A stretch of 64,000 nucleotides of DNA. It comes from Octopus bimaculoides. Taxonomy: Eukaryota. The translations under genes and the position numbers were made by a program. Positions within the stretch are counted from its first letter, which is position 1; each line of letters opens with the position of its first letter. The DNA lies in the NCBI RefSeq assembly GCF_001194135.2, contig NC_068986.1, positions 26,288,921-26,352,920 of the forward strand. Direction: 5' to 3'. The notes under the pieces are model-generated. The model worked only from the letters and a program-made list of their open reading frames with translations, did no database searches and had not been told where the DNA came from. Positions 30,349-42,440 of the stretch are shown piece after piece.

Positions 30349-30570
30349 CCCTTAGGATATCAACCTGGCTGAAACCACCTCTGGCTCTGTAGTACAAATG
30401 TCTTATTTTCAAAAGTTCTGAATTAAAATCTTCCACCAAACCTTAGTCCCAATTTATGTTCCTAGCACTAGCTTAATTATAACTAAGTTATTTTACTAAA
30501 TTCTTTGTTATATTTTAAATTAATTGAAAGAAACATAGAGCATCTCAACAAAAATATGATAACAAAAGGG
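30349..30570. mobile_element. piggyBac-like MITE
   Basis: CCCT...AGGG termini flanked by TGAA and TTAA. A truncated element of similar type ending in GTTAA lies at ~21130-21324. Confidence 0.55.
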
Positions 30571-33500
30571 TTAAATCATCAATTTAAATGAAATAAACAT
30601 TCACATAATTTGCTAATCAAAGGCACTGGCATGGCCAAGTAGTTATGAAGCTCACTTTGCAACCACATGGCTTTGGTTCAGTCCCATTGCACTGCACCTA
30701 GGGCAAGTGTTTTCTACTATAGTCTCAGATCAACCAATGCCTTGTGAGTGAATTTGGTCTTTATATATATATTATGTAAGTGTGCTTTGGTGTTAATTCC
30801 TGCACCACAGCTTGATAACTAGCATTGGTTTGCTAATTTAGCAGCTTGGCAAAAGAGACCAATAGAATAAAAAGAAATTACTGGGGTTGGTTTCTTTGAC
30901 AACATCTCTCAAGGTAGTACCCCCAGCATTGCTGCAGACCAATGATTGAAACAAGATAAAAGATAAAAATCATACATAAAATCCAAACAAAATCCAGTGA
31001 GGTAGATATGTATTTTATTACCTACCTCTATGCTCTGCAGATTCTAAGGTAATGCTTCTCAACAAAACCAACAAATTGGAAATTCTAATAGTACAATAAG
31101 TGCAGCACACCCGTTATCTAGCTAATTATCTCATGTCGAGTATAGAAATATGAATTAATAGCAAAATTTAACCAAGTAAAATTGTATTCTTTATCAAAAG
31201 AAAAGAATACAATGAAAGCTAAATACAATATCAGAATGAAGTAAATTATCAAAAAAGAAGACCATTACCTTTTCTCAATTAGCTGTATAATCATGCTAGT
31301 GAGCTCACCACCTCATTACACATCAAATCCTGAATAAATACACAATTGTCATTAAGATATCAATAATACATCTTTTAAACAAGTATATATAAATATACCA
31401 CAAGGCGTTTTTGACACCCTTGTAAAATCTTTAGTATTAAATGGAATACCATCATTTCAAATAGATGTAAAAGATAAGTCCCAACATCTTAATTAAGTCA
31501 ACATTTGCAAATGATTCTATAATAGCTTGACTATCATTATCATCATCATCATCATCCTGTTAATGTTCATTATTCCATGCTTACATGGGTCAGATAGAGT
31601 TTATTGAGGCAGATTTTCTACAACCAGATAGCGTTCCTGTCACCAATCCTCACTTGCTCCCAAGCAAGGAAATATTTCCTCATAGTCAGACGTGTTTGTG
31701 CAGAATATTGGAAATGAATTATGGTGATACACATTTACAACTATCATGTGATGTCAAGGCAAGGAGACACAAACATACACATACACACGCAATGCCTCTT
31801 TTCAGTTTATATCATCCAAATCCACTCATAAAGCTTTGATCAGCCCAGAACTATAGATGAAGATACTTTCTCAAGGCCCTATGCAATGGGACTGAACCTG
31901 AAACCAAGTGTTTGGGAAGCAAACTTCCTAACCACACAGCCATGCTTGTGCCAATAAAGCCTGTAAAGCATTTCCCACCTTTTACAACATCTTTAAGCAG
32001 ATGCCAACAAGTCAGAGAAAGTGGAATCTACATCTTCTAGTTTCCAAACCACAGAAAACCTTAAGTGAGTAACTGTAGCTCAAAAATAAAGTAATTTGGT
32101 TACATCATGAGTTTCATGTCTGTTTATTTTAAATACATAAGTATGACGAATAGATTTTGATATCTTAGGGAAAATTTGTCTTAAATTATTTTCAAATTTG
32201 TGAATCAAGTCATAATTTTGAGCATAATGACAAAATGGTAATGATGAATCAACATATACTGTAATATGAAAATGATTAAAATCATAAAAGATATAAAGTT
32301 AAAAATATGCATTTACAAGCAACAATCAATATTTGAAGTGTCTGAATACAAACACTTCCCAAAACTAGTATTAGTTTGTTCTGCCAAATACTAAAAGATC
32401 CTTTCCAATATATATCTTTTTCAGTGTAATCAACAACAAAAAAAAGGACACTGGAAACTGATAGCAAACCATAAATGACATCTGAGAAAATGCTTGGTTA
32501 GTATTTGTAATGCTAACCAAACATTTTAAAGAACATCTGGGAATGTGTCACTATATAATGCATAACATTCATGAAAACTACATATTTGGCATTACACAGA
32601 GTACGCCCACTGACATACATCACAGGCAACATATAAACAAAGCAATGAATCAAAGTGCCTCACATACTGCACCCTAGACAATAAACACATGTCAATAGAG
32701 CATATTAAGGCCAATCAGATATAGATCTATAGGTTGCACCTAATTGTGTTGTCCAACTGACTACTTATGTGCATTAGGTCTGTTCCATTAGCGCAGATCA
32801 CATCTAAACAAAAAACAAAACAAACTAAATATTGTACACCCATGACAAAACCAAAATAGAAAAAGCATGATACTAATATACAGATATGTCCATTGAGTCC
32901 AATATAGGATGCCAAACATCTCCAATGCATATTGTTCCATGCTTTCTCTGCTAGTACTGTGCTTTACTTCTGACCAATCAGAGACAGCTGAGTAGGTGAA
33001 TGAAACCTTCTTGGGAACCAAAACACAGAGCCCCAAATCACAATTGCTCTATAGCAAATTAAGTATAGAACAAAGCCCACAATACATCAAGAAAATTTAG
33101 AATTTAGACAGCTTTGAGCTATTAAGGTTGTTTGACCTGCTAAAAATATCAGCCTAATCTCTCTCAAAATCACATCCAACCATCTCAACCTTTATTGCAT
33201 GGGAATCAAGTATATTTAGTTCCATGCATGTGCACTTAAGACATGGAAACTGAGTTAAATTGTTTTTGATAATGGAGTACTTTCCAGAATTCTCCACATT
33301 TCATATGACATAGTACACACATTTCATTTGTACTGGCCAACAGAAAGCGGTTGTGAAACCTGATTTGCATATGATTAACATATCACATCTGCATGTTAGT
33401 ACACAAAAATTTAATCAGTGCCATGAGGGTTAAAAAAAGAATACATTGACAAATGTAGTCCAGGGTTCCCTGCACATAGGTAAAAGACAGAGTGGTCATG

Positions 33501-33599
33501 GTTAGAATATCTTTCATTACAGTTTTGTTTGATGAAGATTGATTTTGGGTTAAACAACATCAGAATATTCAGCACTGCATTTAACGCATAACCATCATC

Positions 33600-34120
33600 C
33601 AAAATTCAAAGAGTGTCTTTGTATATTACACAACCTGAAAACTCTTCCCACCTCCTAAACTTCAATCAATTCCTTTGGTTCCTTACCAAATATATTTCTA
33701 CCAGTATGGTGGAAGCTTTCTTTCCTCCACTTCTCAAACATGATGGTTCTGTAACCAACACACCTTAGAAGAAAAAAGTCTCCACATTTCTTGCCCAAAC
33801 TGCATTATATTCCTCACAAGACATAAGGTATATCTCTTCAAAAAGTTATCCCTTTTCATTTCATCAAGCTCATTCACTATAAACACATACATTCTAAGTG
33901 CAAAACAACTTCTGATTGCTTCAAATCAACATGACCACAAGCCCTGACAATGTCCAATTCATCTCAGTGTGCCCTGGGACTAGCCCCAATCCTTGTTAAA
34001 CTTTTCACTTTCTCAATCCCACCCACCCTCAACATGAACTGTATGCAATTCAAACCCTCAAAGTCACTACAAATTTCAGGTTCCATCACCACTAAGGATC
34101 TTCTTTCATAAAAGATGCAC
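33600..34120 (+). mobile_element. Highly decayed CR1/L2/Jockey-like LINE fragment
   Basis: SFPPLLKHDGS and ACAAGCCCTGACAATGTCC...GACTAGCCCCAATCCTTGTTAAACTTTTC resemble the GPD..P / ELAPILAKLF region upstream of RT. Confidence 0.45.
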
Positions 34121-34339
34121 ATTCTCAAAATGGCAAAGACTAAATCCCAAATGCATGCCTTCCTCTTCAGAGCCCAAAAATATTTTAGTCCCTAACCCCA
34201 AAGCTTAGTGAAATCCACAATGGAGTACTGCTCTGCATCTGGAATGGTATAGCTTATATATATACACACACACACACATACATGTCACACCTATGTTAAA
34301 CGACGATGATGATATATATGTCTGTATATATATCCTGGT

Positions 34340-34818
34340 TCATATCAAAGATGAAAGGCCACTCGATTGATTGGCATAAATACACCCAAATCTTTGGCCT
34401 TTTCTATTACAACTAAAATCTCTGCCTTTTCTATCACAACTACAACTGTCTCTACTCGCAAAAGCTGCCAAATCTCAACCTACCTCCACTCATATATACA
34501 CTCAACACATCTCTCCTCCTCTGGCCATCTCCACTCTCCAAACACACCATACGAACCCCTATTCCTAATCCATGTTCCCCAGAATGTCATCCCTCTGGAA
34601 TCTCCTCCTTGCCCACGGTATTCCTGAAGCCACCAACTTGCAGCTAATGAAGAGTAACATAAACCAACAATTCTATACATTACTACAATAGCACCCTAGC
34701 AGTATTATACTCCCTCTTTCTCCAATCCCTGCTGATTTCACAAACTACAATGTATTGATACACTATTACATTATCAAAGTCTACTCAAATTGGATAGGCG
34801 ACAAGATTTTGCCCCTCT

Positions 34819-34822
<4 letters not shown>
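34340..34822 (+). mobile_element. Highly decayed RTE-like reverse transcriptase fragment
   Basis: LLAHGIPEAT followed by a degenerate GD.LAP-like stretch (GGCGACAAGATTTTGCCCCT), similar to RTE YGIP.E...QGDxLAP. Confidence 0.4.
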
Positions 34823-34864
<42 letters not shown>

Positions 34865-35564
34865 GTGTGTGTTTGTGTGTTACTGAATACATTACAGAAC
34901 TGGTGTATGCAATGTTGACCAGGAAACACCATCCTACTTCAGCAAGTTAGATTTTGACAAGCTATTGATTATCCCCCATGAACAAATATTTATTCAACCT
35001 GGACAAATATCGTTTATGAATACCTGCATAATGATTGATGTTTCTGAAAAATACAAAACTGTCATATGAATTATAGGGTTAAATATCTTATAGCTAGAAT
35101 CCCATATTAAAGCTTACCATATAAATATGCTCATTACATTGAACTAACTAAAGCAAGTAGATATTTTTCAGCTAGAAGAACTGAAGTAGTTTTTAAAAGC
35201 ATAACTTTTACATTGTCTGTTTAAAACTGTTGTACCTTAATCTGTTACACTTTAATTCAAAACATTAAGAGTCTGATAAATTCAATTGTGCCAAGAGTAT
35301 ACAATCTAATATTTCATGCCCTTCTCTTTGTCCAAGAAAGTGGTGTTGTCCACAAACTAAATGGCAATATTAACTACCTCACTCTAAGACAAACAGCAAT
35401 ATTCTACACTCCTCATGGCAGCTTCCCAGTTATTCTGGCTACAGCCCACTTGACCTGACTGCAACCTATCAGCAATGCAGTTTATTTTGCTGTAGTCCAC
35501 TGAACTGTAATAAGGTTCCAAGTTTATTACAGAAGTAGAAAATATTGTGTGTGCGTGTGTGTGT

Positions 35565-35606
<42 letters not shown>

Positions 35607-36204
35607 NNNNNNNNNNNNNNNNNNNNNNNNNNNNNNNNNNNNNNNNNNNNNNNNNNNNNNNNNNNNNNNNNNNNNNNNNNNNNNNNNNNNNNNNNNNNNN
35701 NNNNNNNNNNNNNNNNNNNNNNNNNNNNNNNNNNNNNNNNNNNNNNNNNNNNNNNNNNNNNNNNNNNNNNNNNNNNNNNNNNNNNNNNNNNNNNNNNNNN
35801 NNNNNNNNNNNNNNNNNNNNNNNNNNNNNNNNNNNNNNNNNNNNNNNNNNNNNNNNNNNNNNNNNNNNNNNNNNNNNNNNNNNNNNNNNNNNNNNNNNNN
35901 NNNNNNNNNNNNNNNNNNNNNNNNNNNNNNNNNNNNNNNNNNNNNNNNNNNNNNNNNNNNNNNNNNNNNNNNNNNNNNNNNNNNNNNNNNNNNNNNNNNN
36001 NNNNNNNNNNNNNNNNNNNNNNNNNNNNNNNNNNNNNNNNNNNNNNNNNNNNNNNNNNNNNNNNNNNNNNNNNNNNNNNNNNNNNNNNNNNNNNNNNNNN
36101 NNNNNNNNNNNNNNNNNNNNNNNNNNNNNNNNNNNNNNNNNNNNNNNNNNNNNNNNNNNNNNNNNNNNNNNNNNNNNNNNNNNNNNNNNNNNNNNNNNNN
36201 NNNN
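35607..36204. other. Assembly gap (N run)
   Basis: N run flanked by (TA)n. Other gaps at 18727-18736, 26346-26355, 53067-53134 and 57624-58091. Confidence 0.99.
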
Positions 36205-36246
<42 letters not shown>

Positions 36247-36248
<2 letters not shown>

Positions 36249-36343
36249 GGTCATGGGGCCAACAGGTTTTTGGGATCTGACGATACGCCATAAAACTAAA
36301 CCCTTTATGGACGGGAAACCTAAGGTAATCCCATAAACAGGCC
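36247..36343. repeat. Diverged relative of the 8.8-kb hairpin element (one arm plus loop)
   Basis: GAGGTCAT..CCAACAGG...TTTATGGACGGGAAACCTAAGGTAATCCCATAAACAGGCC aligns to the reverse complement of the 8.8-kb left arm and loop. It abuts (TA)n and an N gap. Confidence 0.7.
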
Positions 36344-38879
36344 TTCCCCATTTTTATATACACGCACACACAGTATAAAATATTACAGGGGATAATCTTC
36401 TAAAATTATATATCAGAGTATCTACAAGCTATTTTCACCAGGACCTTAACTCTTTGTACCTGTGTAGTCACTGCAGTTATGTAACATCCACAAATTTTGT
36501 TTTAAAAACCTTGGATGGGTTACGAGATTTCACCTCTCCCCATGCATATACATACATATATATATATATGTGTGTGTGTTATTAAATTACACAAGTATAT
36601 TATATAAGCGTAGGAATATGCTGTTATTACAGTAACCTTTGTTTGATATTTAGACTATATAAATTTTCCCTCACACTTCCATGCAGAAAACCAGTGTTTG
36701 CAATCCGTATTTATCCTACACTTTTCTATCATGTTTCTTTCATAAATGATAAATAAAGAGAATATTCTCGTCTTAGTTTCCTAAACGTTTGTAAAGTCAA
36801 TCTTTTGCAATATTCTGTTATGTTTGCAATATTACATTAGCTTGCTAAAATATCTTCGAAGGTTTTTTTTTTCTCGATATTTTGAAAGAAAAAGGCCCGG
36901 TTATTTTACAGAAGTTTATTTTAATTTTGTTCTTATTTATAAAACCTATTTAAATAGCGTCCTGTAAAAAAGGACAGGCAGCATTATCTTCTGTATAAAG
37001 AAAATAGTTGATGCTTCGGAAGATGACGGACCAACTTGGACGATGCTTATCGACATTACAAAAATGCTTGAAGAACTAAACACAGATCAGCTGACACTTT
37101 TTTTTTCTTTGAAAGGGTTGCTTCTTAATGGTTCATAAATATAAATAATCAAATCAAACAGAACTATTTCAACGACTAAAAATGGTCAGAATTAGTTACA
37201 ATATTGACGGCAAATGACAAGGCAAAACATAAAATTGAGGGGAGGGGTGGCTCTGTAGTAAGTATCGATGATAATAATAATAAACACAATCGATATAATT
37301 AATTGGAAACAATAAATTTCATGGTCATAACAAATAAATTAGAAGCACTTAAAATAGTATAAGTGCCGATTCATTTATTTATTTAAATATTTTTTAGCAG
37401 TTTAAAAACAAGAAATAAACAAGTGAAATAATGGCAAACACCGGAATATTTTCCTAGTAAAATTTATAATGATTTAAATTCGAGCGATTTCGAAAATGAA
37501 AACATTTTATTGAAAATCTTATTGATAAAAACAATTTCTGAGTTAATTCCCACAAACAATTCTATTAATGATAATTAACAAATATATACAGAGAACATCA
37601 GTCGTCTTACCCAGTTCACGTCTTGCTTATATTATACGTACGTTCACAGCAAACTGCAAAGCTAATCTTTAACAAAAGCTACTTTCTTTGCTTTTTTTTA
37701 ATGTAATTTCAAAACAATTAATTACTAATTTTTTAACCATTTTAAAATGTTTTAATTTTAATAAATACTTTTTATTTAAGCTCACGTACACTTTAAGTCT
37801 CAAAATAAGAATACGCTTTGGTTTCGTGGGTTAGCTCACTCTTAGTTACACCGAGCTAAACATATCTTTGAACGACAAAGGACGGGATGGCCATGATTGG
37901 AACTTTTTTTGATCATCAGTTCGATTGATCAGTGTTTGGCAATATCTTTGTTAAGAGATAATTTTTATTTAATTGAATTTAAATCGGCGATCTTACGATT
38001 ACTTTATTGTATTCTATTCATTAAAAAGCTATAATAATAATATAAATAAAAACCGTTGAGGCTTACAATATTTATAGCTTTATTTAGTTTGGCTATATTA
38101 ACAAAATTAACAGTCATTGTCACCCCACGAAAGAGCCTATTTGTAGACGCTCGGCTTGCAATAAATAGTAGCCAAATCTCCCTCAAATCACGCAATATTT
38201 TAAAAAATGATACATCGGATAATGTTGTCTAAGATAAACTAGGACTAAAAAATAATGGTCACGGTTGGAACGCCTTTAGTCGTAGATCTGACTAACGGCT
38301 TCACAATCACACTTTTGAACATGACATCAACTTTAAGTTATATTTAACGAAGACGATGAAGGCGGTGGTGCACATCATCATTATCAGATCTTGGTTATAT
38401 CTACAAAATCCTTATCTTCGGTAAAGTCGTCACGAGGACTAACTTCTCATATCACTGAAGTCATCGTTATCATTGTTATAAATATCTTTACCATAAAATA
38501 TTTTAATACTTTCTCTAAATTATTCGGATGTTCTTTGAGTGAGGTTCGGGTGTTATTTCTAGCAGGCGGAATAATTACACAATGGATTTCTTCATTGGCT
38601 CAATAATGCTGCATATAATGTAACAGTGCAGTCCTCAGCTATGCAAGAGGCATGATACATCAAAATCTAGGAAGGTCTCTCTCTCAAAGCAGACTAAAGA
38701 TTTTGGGAGTTCTTGTTGTGTGGTAAGAGGTTTGCTTCCCAACCACATGGTTCCAGGTTCAATCCCACTTTGTGGCACCTTGGGCAATTGACTATAGCTT
38801 CGGGCCAACTAAAGTCTTGTGAGTGGATTTGGTAGACAGAAACTGAAAAGAAGCCCATCATTATATATAAATCTAAATA

Positions 38880-39016
38880 CAGTGTACATTTAAACACATA
38901 AGAGGTGTCCATTGTAGGATTCCCTTCACGCTAGAAAGAACAACTAAGTTCCAAACTCAGTTTCTAGCGTGAAGGGAATCCTATGATGGATACCTCATGT
39001 GTTTAAATGTACACTG
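38880..39016. mobile_element. Tc1/mariner-type palindromic MITE (137 bp)
   Basis: TA-CAGTGTACATTTAAACACAT...CCCTTCACGCTAGAAA / TTTCTAGCGTGAAGGG...ATGTGTTTAAATGTACACTG-TA. It sits in the TA-rich tail of a SINE. Confidence 0.75.
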
Positions 39017-39585
39017 TATTTATATGAATAATATATAGTCTATGGACTAAATTTTTACACACTAGGCCACTGGTAGTAGAAATTTCTAATTACCCTTGAT
39101 ATTATATATATATATATTCATCATCATCATCATCATCATCAACAACAACATCATTTAACGTTCATTTTCCATGCTGGCATGGGTTGATACTTTGACAAGG
39201 CCAATTGAATATGTATCAGACTTTATAAAATAAGTCCTGGGATTGATTCATTCAGCTAAAAATTCTTCAAAGCAGTGCTCCAGCATGGCTGCTCGCCAAT
39301 GACTGAAGCAAGTAAAAGATAAAAGATATGTGTGTATGTGTAATTTTTTAAGTGATGGAAGCAGAAATTCCAGATTTTGGGGGAATTTTTAAATTTCTTC
39401 TCAGAGTCAAAATCTGGGACATGTTCTCAAAAGCATGGACGTATGGCAATCCTATTCTAAGAAGCAAGAAAAGGCAAACTGCTTAGTCAACAAGGTAAAT
39501 GTTAATATTTGAATAATAGTTTTGGAACTCATTATTTTAGCTCATTTGCTATGTGTTACCTTAAAAAAAAAAAAAAGTTACCTTA

Positions 39586-39735
39586 GGCACGAGGCTGTGT
39601 GGTAAGAAGCTTGCTTCCCAACCACATGGTTCCAGGTTCAGTCCCACTGTGTGGCATGTAGGCAAGTGTCTTCAGGCCAACCAAAACCTTGTGAGTGGAT
39701 TTCGTAGACAGAAACTGAAAGAAGCCTGTCATATA
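39586..39735 (+). mobile_element. Abundant SINE family A (representative copy)
   Basis: GTGGTAAGAAGCTTGCTTCCCAACCAC..GGTTCAGTCCCACTG.GTGGCA...GCCTTGTGAGTGGATTT.GTAGAC.GAAACTGAAAGAAGCC. Other approximate copies: 2570(+), 16330(+), 22250(-), 25545(-), 27190(+), 30622(+), 31800(-), 38700(+), 52884(-), 54410(-), 58495(-), 60550(+), 63275(+). Confidence 0.8.
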
Positions 39736-39752
39736 GTCATGTGTGTGTGTGC

Positions 39753-39786
<34 letters not shown>

Positions 39787-40463
39787 GTGTGCGTGTGTGT
39801 GTGGAAACCAAAACAATAAATTGAACAATTAAATAATTTAATCATTAAATGATAAATTCAATTAAATTTAATTACTTTTTATACTTGGGAGAAGGTATAA
39901 CTAAATTGTTGCACATAAATTTTAACAACAGAATCTTGTGTAACCCCAAGGGTCATGTGGATCCCAGTTGAGAAACACTAGGTTAAAGTATAAACACTGT
40001 AACTGGTTTAGATATTTTATTTCTAAGATAACTTATGTGCCACGCAGCACCTTCTATAACACCCACTTGATATTTTCCACCTCCTTGTGAATTCACAGTA
40101 TCCCCAAGAGGATATTATTACCCAGGTCAAAAACATCTGGTCTAATTTAATTTGTTTGATTGTAAAGAAATACATGAAAGGTACCCATGCTGGTGGCACA
40201 TAAAAGGCACTTGTGTCGATGACATGTGATGGGCATCCATGCTAGTGACACATAAAAAGCACCCATGCTGCCGACACATAAGAGGCACCAGTGCTGGTGA
40301 CACGTAAAAGACACCTGGTACACTTTGTGGAGTGGTTGGGCATCAGGAAAGGAACCCAGCATTAGAAGCCAAGCCAAGATAGACTGGAGTCCAATGCAGC
40401 TCTCCAGCTTAGCAGCTCCAGTCAAACCATCTTACTCGTGTTAACATGGAAAATGGATGGTAA

Positions 40464-40513
<50 letters not shown>

Positions 40514-41069
40514 ATTAGGATAACAGTTCCATGAATATATTTTGAAATATATTCATCTACTTCTTATAAATTTCTATTATTCTAAAATACAGGTTATTTT
40601 ATCATATGCTAACATAATTTGGTTTGATGATGATTCATAGCAGAGAAAGAAAAGTCAGTTCCTTGTACAGCTAAGATTTTGTTTATTTATTTATTTATTA
40701 CTGCAGGAAACATAGCTATCACAAAAATATTTTAAAGTTTCAAAGTTCAAGTTAATTTTAATGTACAAATCCTAGGTATTATAAGTTAAATCTAACCGTA
40801 GACCAAATCCAGCTACATTGCTACAGCAAACAAATATTAATCACATAAAAATAAACTTCGGAAACCTAAAACTGGTTTCAAATTTTGGCACAAGGCCAAA
40901 AATTTCAGAGGAGAGAAAGTCAATCACATTGACCCCAGTGTCTTACTCAAGGAAATAGTACACCATTTCATTTGGGAATTGAACCACAATCTTATAATTG
41001 TGAGTCCAATACTCCTAAGCACTAAGCCACATGCCTAAACTATTATAAAATGTTCTAAATATAGATAAT

Positions 41070-41782
41070 CCATCATATGGTCCAGTCCTTGTTGTAGTGT
41101 AATAGTTTGTGCGCCTCTGTGATGTTCAGAGTAATACCAGTAAAGTACAAGTTCCTAGTAAGGTCTCCCATGCTGGACAGGTCAAAGCATAGGGGCCAGA
41201 TTAATATGGAGCATCTCTTCCCAGAGGTAAAAATGGGTTTGCATAGGGCCAGCACAACCTACCTAGAAAAAAAAAAAATCAAAATTATCGAATCATCTAA
41301 GACAGTTCAAAACCTAAAAGACTTGGGAGAGGAAATCATTTCCAAAAAGATACAGATGACATGATGCAGCAAAATCCAAAAGGAAGCTGTGAAGGTGACC
41401 ATTAGGAGCAACACCAAAACTGCAACATGGAACATCAAGAAAATTCTTCAAATCAGAAGGTTGGATAAGATAAGAAATAAAGATCTATGGCAGAAGGGGT
41501 GGGCAGGTGCCAGAGGAAGAACAGATCCTGAAGTACAAGTGAGTCTGGTTGGACCACACTTTTAGGAAACCAACATCCTGCATTAGAGGTCAGGCTCTGA
41601 TCTGAAACCCATAAGGGAGGTGGAAGAGAGGACTCCCTAAAAATAGCTGAGGGTGAGATACTAAAGCAGAGCTGAGAAAATAGGGATCCCATTGGAGAGA
41701 AGTAATAAAGACTGCCCACAACTGAGAACAGTGGGGAAAAGTCATCAATGACCAATCTTTCTCAGGGAATGAAGGGCATAAG
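41070..41782 (+). mobile_element. Bipartite non-autonomous RTE derivative (5' region fused to 3' end)
   Basis: RTE-like 5' region GGTCTCCCATGCTGGACAGGTC...GGCCAGA and endonuclease start ATWNI are fused directly to C-terminal ILQIRRLDKIRNKDLWQ. Degenerate GHT.RKP..I..QAL..NP.G..KRG.P follows. Confidence 0.65.
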
Positions 41783-41949
41783 TTAAATACAAATAATGCA
41801 AAGTAGATGAATTTAGTTATCTTACCTTAGCGGTTGTGGTTTTTTTAGTCTCACGTCGGCTCCAAATGAACAGCCCCATGATCAAAAGTATTCCATTTTG
41901 GACCATTCTGTTTTTTTATGATATGCCTTGTCCGTATATAAGAGAATAA

Positions 41950-42440
41950 AGATGAAGGAAATTCAGAGAGCAATTATCTCTATTGGCTACTAAAGGTTTC
42001 TCTCTCCAAGTAAAAGGAAGATTATATGATGTATGTATATGGACAGCAATTCTACATTGTAGTGAGATGTGGGCCCTGAATGCAGAGGACATGTGAAGGT
42101 TAGAAAGCAATGAGGCTAGTGTGATCCGCTGGATGTGTAATGTAAGTGTACATGTTCAACAGAGTGCTAGTATTTTTGAGAGAGAAGTTAGGCGTAGGAG
42201 GAATTAATTGCTGTGTGCAAGAGAGAAGACTGCACTGGTTTGGTCATGTGATACTGACGGATGCTGTCAATTCCTTAAAGAAGTGCCAATCTCTCAAAGT
42301 AGATGGAATGTGTAGAGGTGGGAGATCCAGGAAGACATGAGACAAATTACTAAAGAACGACCACAGGATGCTGAACTTTTCAGGTCAAATGACAAAGGAT
42401 GAAGGTGCCTGGTGCCTTGCTGTACTCAGGAAGACCTATA
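41950..42440 (+). mobile_element. 5'-truncated RTE LINE 3' end
   Basis: LATKGFSLQVKGRLYDVC...SEMWAL...RWMCNV...LREKLG...RRLHWFGHV...GRSRKT, with stops and frameshifts. Confidence 0.8.

Noticed and set aside
35469-36369. Long ORFs with X runs (also 52917-53192 and 57491-58217)
   Set aside because: Artefacts of N gaps and flanking (TA)n microsatellites.
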